Shown here: positions 1-11,495 of the stretch, in pieces | Position numbering within the stretch: the first letter of the stretch is position 1 | Layout of the letters: the number at the start of each line of letters is the position of its first letter | Assembly: GCA_030704615.1 (NCBI GenBank) | Contig: CM060734.1 | Location: forward strand, 20,150,001-20,214,000 | Origin: Takakia lepidozioides | Lineage: Eukaryota; Plantae; Bryophyta | Direction of reading: 5' to 3' | Length of the DNA: 64,000 nucleotides | Notes under the pieces: generated by a model | What the model saw: only the letters and a program-made list of their open reading frames with translations | The model's database searches: none | What the model was told of the DNA's origin: nothing | Made by a program: the position numbers and the translations under genes

Positions 1-567
1 CTGGGTGTGCATCATGTGCAAGTAGATCAGCAGAGATAGCGCTAGGTCCCGCCATGCTCCCCTCCATCGCTCGCACCGAGACTGGTAGTGCTCACAGCAG
101 AAACTTTTTCCCCGCTTTATATATGGTCTTCCGAACGGAAAGCTTTCCAGTTCATTCAGAAACCCGCTTTTACATTCATTCATAACACTGCAGCTTCAAA
201 AAATCGGCTTATTTGAAAGCATATTCCGATAGATACCTTATACTTCTCTTGTCGAGGCATCCCGTCTGTCGAGGCATCCTGTCGAGGAAGGAGACATAAC
301 ACTGCTTGTTGCAAAAGTTGGCTTATTCAAGATCATATTCTGAGAGATACCTTTACTTCTCTTGTCGAGCCATCCTGTCTAAGCACAGGAGATAAAAAAA
401 AACCTGCTTCTCATTTCTTCATTCCTAGGCAAGCATTCTTGCTTTCTGGACAGAATTTGTGTTGTCACGTCCTCAGGCTGAATCTAGATAGAGAGAGTAG
501 ACCTTGAATCATCACAACGAGTTTGTGTGATGGATAATTAACGTGGGTGGTGACGTTGGAGCTTTTG

Positions 568-723
568 CTTGGGTGTGTGGATGAAACTGCTTTGGAAGTC
601 TGAGTCAGTCGTGACCTCTTCGTGAGATTCCGTCTTCTCTGCCAGGCCCATCTATCAACTACATTCCCCAGATAGGATTAAGTCCGGTAGAGGAATGGGA
701 ACAAACCCATAGCGCCGGAATCG
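568..723. repeat. ~155-bp dispersed repeat, copy 1 (copy 2 at 34385-34540)
   Basis: gtgtgtggatgaaactgctttggaag...gccggaatcg occurs at both places in the same orientation with about 6 mismatches. Confidence 0.9.
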
Positions 724-939
724 TGGTAGAGATGCAGGGTAACTAAAAATCATTGACAGAGGATTTAGCTCGTATGAAACACTTGAGAACAGTAGATTGT
801 GTACGGGGGATCCTGCATTATTGAAGTGAGAGGTAGTGGCAAAATGGCGGCTTGTGTATCGCGCACAGAGAGAGAGAGAGAGAAAGAGTTTGTCTGCTCG
901 AGCTTTTCTGTGTTTTGAGAGTTTCGCAACTGAGCACTA

Positions 940-1339
940 TGGCTTCCAGTTCTGAACGTGGTTGGTTTGAGCTTGATCAATTCGAGGTCTCGCGCTTGAA
1001 GCAGACTCTGGCATTGGAATCTCGCTACATTTGCGAGCTTGCACCCAACCTGTTGCCTGAGCAGTTGGTGTTTGTCAATTATCCGGAGGGAGAACCTATT
1101 CCACGGCCTGAGCTCCCGCTGGACACGCCCTCGGAGTTCTGGGCCAAGACCTTTGAGGAAACTGCGCGCAAAGAGGCTTGCAAACCCATACGGAGCAGAG
1201 GGAGCAGAGCCGGCGCATTCGCGAGTCTCTTCAGGGAGCCTATGCCGCACGCCTTCTCCTCAAGCTTCATTCCAAGGAAGTCACTCTGCACATTCCCCTT
1301 GCTAGTGCCAAAGAGCAGTTGGAGAGTGGTGAAAAGCTT
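940..1339 (+). CDS. Possible coding fragment of unknown product, cut by the LTR at 1340
   Basis: Open frame MASSSERGWFELDQFEV... after a GA repeat; no recognisable motif. Confidence 0.25.
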
Positions 1340-1530
1340 TGTCGTGCGCATACATATCGCTACACAACTACATCGCTGTCCAAAACCACACAACACATGT
1401 GCACACCACACACTAGTATACCACTAGTCCACCACTAGTCCAACCACTAGGCTACAACTAGTCAGTCACTAGGCTGCCACTATGCTGCCCACTATGGCAG
1501 TCACTAGTCCACACAATCGCCCCCCTAGCT
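1340..1530 (-). repeat. Putative short 3' LTR (1515-1340, TG...CA) and polypurine tract (1530-1516) of DNMT-Gypsy copy 1
   Basis: Minus strand agctaggggggcgat|TGTGTGG...GCACGACA; homologous to 30561-30707 of copy 2, and homology stops at cacgaca in both. Confidence 0.7.
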
Positions 1531-1600
1531 GGTGCTTAGGTCCCTCTAAGTCCAGGTAGCCACAAGATGTGATAATGACCATAGCCTCACTAAGTCCTCC

Positions 1601-2284
1601 TGTCGCGGCCCTTTGCCTTGAGGGCAGGGGGTCGGGACACATGAGGGGCTGCCCATGTGGTGGGGGCATCGACAGCGATAGGTATGGGGGGCTGAAGCAC
1701 CCTTGAGTGCCCAAGGCACTGAAGGAGGCGGAGGCGCTCACTAGGTGGAGCCCCGCACACCGGGTTGCGGTGGGGGTGGCTCCACAAGGGGTGGTGGTAG
1801 CTAGCGGGACTTAGTGGGGGTGGCATAGGACTCACCATGGGGGCGGAGACCTCGTGGTGGGAGTCGTGGGGAGTCTTGGGACTCATCACGGTCCATAGGG
1901 GCCGTGGTGAGTGGGCCAAGACTCACCGCGACTCATCACCGGGAGTCGAGGGTTTTCCCCCGCGGACAGCTACAGAAGTATATATAGGGAGTAGTAACCC
2001 CGAGAACGGTGCAAGCCCGTTGGTGACCAAAAACTAGTGAGTAAGCAAGCGAGCCGGAAAGCGACCAAAGAGTGGGGAGCTGTTCCGGACTGCCATCTAC
2101 CAAAGGGAATTCCACTAGTCCCAAATAGGTGGAGGGTTTAGTGGGAAGCAAAGGGGGACCGTTATGTCCCGGTGAGCAGCCGAAGCTCCAAGTTGGCCCG
2201 GCGGCCAGGTTGGGAGTCAGGCGCGCGCATCAAAGCGAGTAACTATGACGTGAATGGGAGCTTACCGAAGGGAGATGCGCGACA
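1601..2284 (+). repeat. 5' LTR (684 bp)
   Basis: Terminal inverted repeat TGTCGCG...CGCGACA, followed by PBS; tatata at ~1980. Confidence 0.88.
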
Positions 2285-2286
2285 CT

Positions 2287-2298
2287 TGGTATCAGAGC
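2287..2298 (+). promoter_or_regulatory. Primer-binding site for initiator tRNA-Met
   Basis: TGGTATCAGAGC two bases after the LTR end. Confidence 0.93.
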
Positions 2299-2339
2299 TT
2301 AGAGTTCAGTACGCGATCGTCCTTGGGATTGGCCTCATA

Positions 2340-3554
2340 ATGGGGTCGGGCAAGCCGAAGCGAAAGCGGAACGGCCCAAAAGATGATGATCCTGGTGAGC
2401 CCGATGGGGGCGACGTGTCACCGAGGCGGCCGTTTGAGGAAGCGATGAATGTTTCCGAAAACGAGGCCGCTCAAGAGCGGGAGGAATCCGAGGAGTCGGA
2501 GCCCGAGGAATCCTTGAGAGCTCCGACAAACCAAGAGATGCCTCCCATGCCGGCAGCCTTTTGGGAAGGGTTGTTGGCGCAGTTTGGCGGGACGTTGAAA
2601 GACGTGTTGAAGGCGGCTAATGCCACTTCCACTAAGGCAAAGTTTAAGGTGAAGCCTAAGGAACCCGGCACCTTCGAGGACGTTCGAAATCGGAAGGCAC
2701 TCAACACCTGGCTCCTGGAGCTAGAGCAGTACTTCCGGGCGGCCAAGTTGAGTGACGAGGATCGGGTGGAAGTGGCTCCCACCTATTTGAGGGGCTATGC
2801 TCAACAATGGTGGCAGAAATGCCTTCACGACCGAGGCCCATGCCCGGAAACCTTGAACTGGAGTGGGTTCAAGGAATTGATGAAGAGACAGTTTGTGCCC
2901 CTCAACGCATCCTGGCTTGCCCGGGACAAGATGAGGAATTTGAAGCAAACAGATGGCATTCGGGGGTATGTCCAGGCTTTCAATGTGCTGTTGCTCAAAG
3001 TCGCGGACATGGCAGAACCAAAAATGGTCTTCAACTTTGTGGCAGGGCTGGCCCCATGGGCCAGGCGGAAGTTGGAGGAGAAGCCACCCAAGACTTTGAA
3101 CGAGGCAATTGAGAGGGCTGAATGTTTCTCGGATGTCCCTAAGGGTGAGAGACAAGGCCGTACGGAGCTGAACCACAAGAAGACCCGGCGGGAAGGTGAC
3201 TCCTTCCGACCGGAAAAGAAATGGGATAGGCCACGCGGCGACGATGGCACGTGGAAATCGAAGGGAGGGCCTTCACACGTCAAGGCGGCACCCGGTGCTT
3301 CGAAAGGAAAAGCGGGTGGAGTGGCTTATGGCGGACAGAAGGTGACCTTTGATGGAGTGTGTTTCAATTGCGGGGAGCCCGGGCACATGGCCAAGAAGTG
3401 CACAAAACCTCGTCAATTGAACATGACTCGGGCAACCACGGAGCTGTCGGAAGATACCATCAGTCGCTTGGTGGAAGCGGTGGTTACCAGGACTTGCAAG
3501 GTAGGCGCGTTCTGCCAAAGGAGAACCACAGTTGGCGACAAGGTTGGCGTTTGA
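2340..3554 (+). CDS. gag: Gag (retrotransposon capsid plus zinc knuckle)
   Basis: WLLELEQYF...YLRGYAQQWW...LKQTDGIRGYVQAF; CFNCGEPGHMAKKC. Confidence 0.88.
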   Translation: MGSGKPKRKRNGPKDDDPGEPDGGDVSPRRPFEEAMNVSENEAAQEREESEESEPEESLRAPTNQEMPPMPAAFWEGLLAQFGGTLKDVLKAANATSTKAKFKVKPKEPGTFEDVRNRKALNTWLLELEQYFRAAKLSDEDRVEVAPTYLRGYAQQWWQKCLHDRGPCPETLNWSGFKELMKRQFVPLNASWLARDKMRNLKQTDGIRGYVQAFNVLLLKVADMAEPKMVFNFVAGLAPWARRKLEEKPPKTLNEAIERAECFSDVPKGERQGRTELNHKKTRREGDSFRPEKKWDRPRGDDGTWKSKGGPSHVKAAPGASKGKAGGVAYGGQKVTFDGVCFNCGEPGHMAKKCTKPRQLNMTRATTELSEDTISRLVEAVVTRTCKVGAFCQRRTTVGDKVGV

Positions 3555-4810
3555 TGTTCCTCTTCAATTGGGGAGTTGGGAGGGACGTGAGAACTTCACC
3601 ATCTGCGAGATCGATGGAGTGGATCTCATTTTGGGGATGACCTTTTTGAGCAAATCCGGAGCGGTCATAGATGGCCGCAAGAGAGTGGTCACGCTGCCAT
3701 GTGGGAATGGTGGCGAGGTTTTACGAGTGTCGGAAACGCCCAAATCCGTGGGAGGGCGAATAAACCTTCTGTCAGAAAGGGAGTGGGCCGTGGAGGAGGC
3801 ACACGAGCCCCAGTTTTTGCTTTACATTAGAGAAGTGAAGGGAGAAGGCGATGGGGAGCCAAGCCCAGATTGGATCAAGGGGATCTTGGAGAAATACCAG
3901 GATGTGTTGCCGGAGGATTTACCAAACGGCTTGCCACCGTGAAGAGGAGTTGACCACAAGATTGAGGTGATACCGGGATCGGAACCGCCTGCCAAGGCAC
4001 CCTACTGGTTGAGCCACAGGGAGTTGGTCGAACTGAAGACTCAGCTCAAGGATCTAATGTCAAAGGGGTACATCCGGCCAAAAAAGTCACCTTACGGAGC
4101 CCCGGTGCTATTCGCAGACAAGAAGGATGGGACGCTGCGGATGTGTGTCGATTACAGGGCTTTGAATAAGGTGACTATTAAAAACCGGTACCCTTTGCCA
4201 AGGATCGACGACCTTTTCGACCGGTTGGCAGGAGCAAAGTATTTCAGCCGGATCGACTTGCGCTCCGGCTATCATCAAATTCGGGTGGCGGAAGGAGATG
4301 AGGAGAAGACCGCGTGTAGGACAAGGTATGGTTCATATGAGTTCTTGGTGATGCCTTTTGGGCTCACTAATGCACCTGCGACCTTTAGCACGCTGATGAA
4401 CAGCCTTTTCCAGGAGTGGTTGGATGACTTTGTGATCGTGTACATCGACGACATCTTGGTGTATTCGAAAACAAAGGAGGAGCACCTGGAGCACCTCAAA
4501 AGGGTGTTCCAGAAATTGCGAGAAGGGAAGCTGTATGCCAAAGCTTCAAAGTGCAAATTCGGGATCACAAAAGTGGAGTTCCTGGGGCATGTGATTACAC
4601 ATGATGGGATCAAAATGGATGACAGGAAGGTGAGGGCAATTTTGGACTGGGAGCCTCCGACTTCGGTCCCGGGAGTGCGATCCTTCCTAGGACTCGCCTC
4701 CTATTACCGGAAGTATGTGAGAAATTTCGCCAAAATCGCGGGGCCGCTGTCAGACCTTCTGTGTAAATCTAAAGTCTGGGCATGGAACACCTTTTGTGGC
4801 CAAGCTTTTA
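3532..4810 (+). pseudogene. pol: Pol fragment: partial protease and reverse transcriptase (stop at ~3940, truncated)
   Basis: VDLILGMTFL; [48 protein letters not shown]. Confidence 0.92.
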
Positions 4811-6540
4811 TCTCTAGCACCACCTAGCTCATCACTAGCCTCAGGGTCCTCAGACAATCCGTCTACAATCATCCCTGTTGTAGGTCCAATCTGACCTCCC
4901 GATGCCAAGATACACAAAAATGCAGATGCGTGCCATCCCGGCACCATCTCCTTGTCCGTCTCACCATGCCACCGAGCTCCAGTGTCATCCTGCTGGCTCA
5001 TGCATGGATTGCGACTCAATCCATCCGCATCCCGATTGACCAAACCCGGTCGATGCACAACCTGAAAGTCATACTCCTGGAGTATAAGTGCCCACCGTGC
5101 AAGCTTCCCCGTAAGCTTGTCTGACTCCATCAACCACTTGAATGGCTGGTGATCCGTGACAAGGGTGAAAAGATTGCCGTATAGATAGCACCTGAAGTGT
5201 GCCACGGCCCACACTGCAGCTAAGCACTCTCCCTCATATGAGCTGTACTTAGCCTCTGCAGCGTTGTTCGAGCGACTAGCGTAAGCTACTACGAACTCTC
5301 TTCCCTCATCATCCACCTGTGTGAGCACCGCTCCAAGCCCCAGCATGCTCCAATCCATATGCAGCTGAAAGGGACGCCCCCTGATAGGTCGTCTCAAGAT
5401 AGGCGCCGAGGTCAACCTCGCCTTGAGCTCTTGAAAAGCTCGTTCCTGCTCATCTTCCCACTGCCACTCCTGGTCCACCTTGGTCAGCTTGGTTAGAGCC
5501 TTTGCAATGGTACTAAATCCCTTGACAAACCGTCTATAATAGTTTGCCAACCCCATGAAAGCTCGAACTCGGCTCACATCCGTGGGGCGTGGAATTTGTG
5601 CAATGGCCTCTACCTTAGTCTGCTGTACCTCCAATCCTCTAGGATATATCATGTGACCCAGATACTCAATCTGGTTGTGGAAAAACTTGCACTTCCCTGG
5701 ATGCAACTTCAATCCGTGCGCTCCCAAGCGCTCCAATACCACCTGAAGGTGTCTCTCATGCTCATCCATCGTAACACTAAAGATGATGATGTCATCTATG
5801 TAGCACCGAGCAAAGTCCACCCCTGCTAGAATCCTATCCATGACTCTCTGAAACTCTGCAGGAGCATTCTTAAGCCCAAATGGTAAGAACTGCCACTGAT
5901 ATAGGCAATCCTTGCCGTGCTCATTGATCCCCCAGAATGCCGTCTTCTGCTTGTCCGCCTCCTTGATTGGCAACTAGTGATATCCGGATCGTAAATCCAA
6001 AGTGCTAAAGGCCTTAGCATGCCCGATGGCATCAAAGATCTCCTCTGGTGTTGGCATGGCATACTTATCGGACTTGGTCTGACGATTTACAGGCCGGTAA
6101 TCACCGCACATACGTCTCTCCGTCCAATTGCCATAGACATCCTTCTTGGCTGGCATCACTGTGGCTGAAGCATACTCTCCACCAGAGAGCTCCACCAAAC
6201 CTGCCTCCCAGAGATCTTGAGTCCTCATCTGAATCAAAGACCTCTCCATGTCACTGTATCTATAGGGTCTCCGAAAGATTGGCGTGTCAGTGGCCAACTC
6301 AATACGGATCTCTTGACCCTTCAGTGCTCCCAAGTCCTTCAAACTGAAGGCAAAGCAATTCCTGTAAGCCCTCAGGAACCGCCGTATACGTCGTCTCTCT
6401 CCTCCGGTGACAATGGGTCCAATGTCAGGCTCCCAATTGTCCTCCGTAACTGCAACCTTAAGTCCAGTGGGCTTAGAGGTAGAGGACGCGTCCCGTGGTT
6501 GCTATGCTGCAACCTCTTGAGCAGTACTCCATTCCTACTC
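4811..6540 (-). pseudogene. pol: Reverse transcriptase-RNaseH of DNMT-Gypsy copy 1 (internal stops; integrase deleted)
   Basis: RMCGDYRPVN, LDLRSGYH, LPFGLKNAP, CYIDDIIIFS, VAYASRS, YSSYEGECLA, TDHQP, LARWALILQ. Confidence 0.93.
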
Positions 6541-7832
6541 AGTCAATGACAAGGCCTCATCCTGCCCCATCATCTCATCATTGAGAACCTCCTCATCCCG
6601 AGAAGAATCCCCAACCTCATCCATCACAGCTGCCTTGGCTGCCAACTCCCTTTGAACCTCGAGCACCTCCCACGTGTGCCATGGATGTCTACACCCCGTG
6701 GTCCTCACCGGCTCGCCCCTACTCGCTGCCTGTACCGTCTCGGTAGGCAGAGAGACCATCAAGGGAAGTGCACTCCGCACTCTACGTTGCTCAGCCATAG
6801 CCAAGCTGATAATCCAGGTCAAGCAATTGAGATCCATTGCTTGCCCCAACACCTGACGATGTGATGCCTCAGAAAGAGAAGGCACCGCCATGGTCCCAGT
6901 GGAAAATCCCATAGCCCGCTCTCGCTCGTCGGCATTAGGCTCACTAACTGCTGCAACTGAGCATCCCACAGGAGACCAGGTCCACTATCCCGGAAAACAT
7001 GCGATCCTGGGAAGCTGAGCAGTGTAGGTAATGATGCTCGTGGTTGACCCACCTTGTTGACCACTGCCAAAGGCGAACGGTCATCATGTCTCATACGCTG
7101 AGACTGCCTCCCTGTGTCCAGAATGTTATCCACTGTGAGATGTGCTGGCCGCTGCACCCCATCAAATGCACGCTTGAGCAGTGCGGGTGGCATCAAGTTA
7201 GTCCACCATAGCCGTGGACGATGAGTCCGTGACCCCACTGTAGCTGCATCTAGCAACACTGCTGACCCAAGCCACGACCGGACTTGATGCACACTGGCCA
7301 TCACCCTGGCCCGAGAATCGCCCATCAGTGGCACATTCTCCAAGATGTATGCTGGAGATACAGCTTGATAAAGCTGCAAGTGGCGCAAAACCCGCACCAT
7401 CTCCCAAAACAGACCCGACCTCGAGTCTCGCAATCCATTGCCATGCCCGGCTGATGAATGCCCTTGGCAGGGCCAACTTGCCACTACCAGATCAATGGAG
7501 CCAACCCGCTCCAAATCCTGCGCCCCCAGCAACGAAATGTCTGCTGGCAAGGCCTGCTGATATCCACGAATTGCAGACACCGACAACAACTCAGGGTATC
7601 GCTGCACCAACTGAGCAACATGGTGAAGTGAAACGCATCGTGCAGTCTCATCCCTCTCCACATACAGGTAACGCCGAACTCGTACACCTGCCTGTAACAC
7701 AGCAGCCAATCCGGTGCTGATCCCGCCAAACAAGTCCAGAAGACAAATGCCTTCATCCGGATACTGCCACACAATAGGTGTGGTGTCCAATGGAGACAAT
7801 TGAGGTGGTCCTGGTGCAATCCCCGCACTCTC
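6535..7832 (-). pseudogene. DNMT3-like C5 cytosine methyltransferase domain in the retroelement polyprotein (frameshift near 6945)
   Basis: Motif I LDLFGGISTG, II YVERD, IV WPCQGHS, VI YILENV, VIII HRPRLWWTNL, IX ERERAMGF, X RQVLGQAMD. Confidence 0.9.
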
Positions 7833-9326
7833 CTAGACGGACTCCAAGAGGTCACGCATCTCGTCTTCGGTCAAGGGCTCTCGGTCGGAACCATCTTCAG
7901 ACATGATTTTGCCAAGAGCAATCTTGTGGGCTGCCTTCAGCTGAATCTGCTTTGGTCTGGCTCCGCGGCTCAATTTCACCTCCTCTTTTATGATGTCGTG
8001 TGCTTCCTGCACAGCCTCCCGCATGTTGCCTCTCGCCAAGGGGTGGCAGTGGACCCCAACGTGTATGCAAGCTCTAGTCAAGTCCGGGAGCAAATGGATT
8101 ACGTAATATTGCTTGGCTCTGCACATGGACATGCACGTCGGTGGTTCTTTGCAGTGTGCACACTTGAAAGAACCCGCAGGAGCTTGGCTGGAGACAATGA
8201 ATGGATGATGCGTTGTGCCAGTCCAATCCGTCTCGTTTCTCCGCCCTCCTTTGGAGAGAAAGTGGAAGCAGGTGGGATTGAGGCACCTCAGCTTCCCCAC
8301 ACAGAGGACATATCGTACACGAACACCATCAGCAATTTTCGTGCTACTGGTCTTCGTCACACACCAGGGGTGTCCGTCATGCTTTCGATCCATGTCTGTT
8401 AACATCCCGGAGGCTTTGTTTGACGAAGAAACAGGTGGAAACTCGAAGATGACATTGCCATCGACTTCGGGAGGCAGAAACGTTACCTTTCTGACTGGGA
8501 ATTTGGCATAGTCGAGAGCAGCCAGCTCGGAGCGAGAACCATCGAGGTGATGTTGTCGTAGGAGCTGCACAATGGACCGGGTTGGAGTTATGCTCGAGGG
8601 CACATGCGTAGCACCTACAGAGACGTCCATGCCGGATTTGAACGACCGTGTGGAGGACATGGGTACCTCAATGCAATCATCTTCCTCGTCAGAAATGTCG
8701 AATACGTCCACACGAGAAGCTATGGAGGGTCTTGACGGTCCAGGTCGGGAATGATTATTGTTGCACACCTCTCTGTTGGCAGTGGCCGCCTGTCGATTTC
8801 CGGACTCCTTTGTGGATGGTGTGGGCAGCGACTGATTTGGAAAGGGAATGGGCATTCCCACAGCTCGGTACAGGATGGTGTCTGATGGGGGTACGTGCCA
8901 TTCGATTCCGCAACCTCCGTCGTTACCTAGCACGACAATGGTCTCGTCAACCTGTCCAGGAACATCCTTCCTTTCTTCTTCCAAATAAACTGTGCCCGGT
9001 TTGAGCTTGAATTTGGAACAAAGGTAAGTTTCAGTCACTCTGCAAAGTCCTCCCTCATTTGGGATCCAGGCTCTCCCAAGTTGCGGAGGACAGCAAACTA
9101 TAGCGTAGGAATTCGGAGTCATCGAAGACCGCACGAAGTTGGCAAGTGTGAGGTTCGGTATAGCGACAGACCAAGGCTCACAGGCACCATGCGGAGTCCA
9201 TCGACGATTGGAAGTCGCACATTGAAGTGGAAAGTATTGTTTCAAGCTACATGCATGAAGGTGGGAGGTGTGATTCCATAGCCAGTAAGTTAGACAATGA
9301 TGGCCGATTCGGCGACGAAATAACAT
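7833..9326 (-). CDS. GCM/WRKY-type zinc-finger protein, probably the N-terminal part of a DNA transposase, cut at the 7833 junction (true start may be ~9122)
   Basis: 497-aa ORF with DGHPW...CVGKLRCLNPTC...CAHC...C...HVGVHCHP; stop codon coincides with the junction; no catalytic domain visible. Confidence 0.55.
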   Translation of the reverse strand: MLFRRRIGHHCLTYWLWNHTSHLHACSLKQYFPLQCATSNRRWTPHGACEPWSVAIPNLTLANFVRSSMTPNSYAIVCCPPQLGRAWIPNEGGLCRVTETYLCSKFKLKPGTVYLEEERKDVPGQVDETIVVLGNDGGCGIEWHVPPSDTILYRAVGMPIPFPNQSLPTPSTKESGNRQAATANREVCNNNHSRPGPSRPSIASRVDVFDISDEEDDCIEVPMSSTRSFKSGMDVSVGATHVPSSITPTRSIVQLLRQHHLDGSRSELAALDYAKFPVRKVTFLPPEVDGNVIFEFPPVSSSNKASGMLTDMDRKHDGHPWCVTKTSSTKIADGVRVRYVLCVGKLRCLNPTCFHFLSKGGRRNETDWTGTTHHPFIVSSQAPAGSFKCAHCKEPPTCMSMCRAKQYYVIHLLPDLTRACIHVGVHCHPLARGNMREAVQEAHDIIKEEVKLSRGARPKQIQLKAAHKIALGKIMSEDGSDREPLTEDEMRDLLESV

Positions 9327-9537
9327 CTCCTGACAGTTTCTCCTGAGGGTGGATCCAGCAGTATTCTCGGTGCAAACAGGAACGTTCGCACTGACAAGTG
9401 CCAGTACTGTTAGTTAAAACGGTCAGACAACCAAGTTGTGCTCATCAAGACTGGCCGCAATTGTGTTGTTTCGGAACAATGCAACCCATTCAGGTTCCAG
9501 ATTTCCCGTCCCGAGTGATTCTTTCGATTGCTGGTGG

Positions 9538-11140
9538 ACGGAAATACGGCGCCGCATTTCCGTATTGCATCTTGGTCATGCACCAGAGCGACGGAAATGC
9601 GGCACCGAGTTTCCGTCCGGGGGAAACCTTTATACTCTCCAGAACGGAAATGCGGTAACGCATTTCCATCCAGCAAGCACGGTATGTGAATGGAACGGAA
9701 ATGCGGTACCGCATTTCCGTTCTGATTGAGAATTATGAAAAAGGGAACAGAAATGCGGCACCGCATTTCCGTCCGAGTCGCACTTTCCGACCTTCCAGAA
9801 CGGAAATGCGGCACCGCATATCCGCCCGGGTGAGACCTTAACACTCTCCAGAACGGAAATGCGGTAACGTATTTCCATCCAGCAAGCACGGTCTGTGAAG
9901 GTGGAACGGAAATGCGGTACTGCATTTCCGTTCTGATTGAGAATTATGAACAACGGGAACAGAAATGCGGCACCGCATTTCCGTCCGAGTCGGACTTTCC
10001 GACATTCCAGAACGGAAATGCGGCGCCGCATTTCCATTTTGTATCTGATGCATGGAGCCGAGTGCAATTCCGACCGCTGAGACAGCGCAATTCCGACCAG
10101 TTGAGACATTCATACTATCCAGAACGGAAATGCGGTGCCGCATTTGCGTTCTGATTGAAAATCGTGAACCATCGGAACTGAAATGCGGTAGCGCATTTCC
10201 ATCCGAGTCGCACCTCCCAACATTCCAGAACGCAAATGCGGCACCGCATTTCCGTTCTGATGAAAAATCGTGAAACATCGGAACTGAAATGCGGTACCGC
10301 ATTTCCGTCGGAGTCGCACCTTCTGACATTCCAAAACGGAAATGCGGCGCCGCATTACCGTTTTGTATGTGAGGCATGGAGCTGTGGAACGAAAATGCGG
10401 CACCGCATTTCCGCCAGGGTCAGACCTTAATACTCTACAGAACGGAAATGCGGTACCGCATTTCCGTTCTGACTGAAAATCGTGAACAACGGGAACAGAA
10501 ATTCGGCTCCGCATTTCCGTCCGAGTCGCACCTTCCGACATTCTCGAACGGAAATGCGGCGCCGCATTTCCGTTTTGTATACGAGGCCTGGAGCTGTGGG
10601 ACGGAAATGTGGTGCCGCATTTCCATCCATGTGAGACCTTCAAACTTTCCAGACAGGAAATGCGGCACCGCATTTCTGTTCAGGTGAGACCTCTATACTT
10701 TCCCGAACGGAAATGTGGAACGGCATTTCCGTTCATCAACTGCGGTATGTGAAGGGGGAACGGAAATGCGGTACCGTATTTCGATTCAGATTGAAAATCA
10801 TGAACCACGGGAACTGAAATGTTGTGCCGCATTTCCGTCCGAATAGCACCTTTCGACATTCCTGAACGGAAATGCGGCGCCGCATTTCCCTTTTGTATCT
10901 CATACATGGAGCTGTGGGACGGAAATGCGGCACCATATTTCCGTTCAACAACTAAGGTATGTGAAGGTGGAACGGAAATGCGGTGCCGCATTTTCTTCCA
11001 ACAAGTACGGATGTGTAGCTTCGTGATGGTACTTAACGGAAATGCGGCGCCGCATTCGCATTTTCACTCCAACTCATCAGACGCTTGGACGGAAATGCCT
11101 TGAAATGTGAACACGTGGAGCAACGGAATTGCGGCACATG
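9538..11140. repeat. Array of ~28 palindromes (ACGGAAATGCGG-YR-CCGCATTTCCGT) with 53-bp period and ~5 recurring spacer classes
   Basis: Unit starts 9538, 9591, 9644...; 10124 to 10972 in exact 53-bp steps. Confidence 0.97.
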
Positions 11141-11495
11141 TCTGCACTCTATCTGACTGAAGTGGCATGAGGCGGCGCGGCCTGACCGTTGGATAATGAT
11201 GTTTGTTTTTCGGACGGCAGGCGTACCCTGAACGATTCGAATTTCGTAATGACGCAAGTCCACGAGGAAACACTTTCGTCCAACCTTTTCGAACCCAAGT
11301 GGTGCATCACCGCCGTTTCATCTACTTTTGTCGTGTCTCCTCAGTCACCCTTCTCGCGCCCTTTTCCATCTGCACTCTTTGCCCCTTTTCCCTGTCTCTG
11401 TTCTTCTTATGCTCGAACCTGAGAGGGGGGGATTTCGTGCACCATACAGGAGACCTCGTCGCAAGCTCCGAAAATTATACTTCGGACGTAGGCCA

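Larger units (their letters stand above)
1601..4810 (+). mobile_element. 3'-truncated conventional Ty3/Gypsy (chromovirus-like) retrotransposon
   Basis: 5' LTR, Met PBS, gag with CCHC knuckle, RT with YIDD; ends abruptly before RNaseH. Confidence 0.92.

Noticed and set aside
7833-7860. Helitron 3' end (CTAG on the minus strand) for the 23-kb insert
   Set aside because: No convincing hairpin, no TC at the other end, not in an AT target, and a 5-bp duplication is present
9538-11140. CRISPR array (palindromic repeat with constant-length spacers)
   Set aside because: Spacers recur in about five classes, repeats are degenerate, no cas genes are present and the context is eukaryotic
9398-11273. 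Many overlapping ORFs (GNAAPHFR / EMRCRIS / RKCGTAF)
   Set aside because: Translations of the palindromic repeat in all frames; the 53-bp period is not a multiple of 3. The same applies to 16574-17503.
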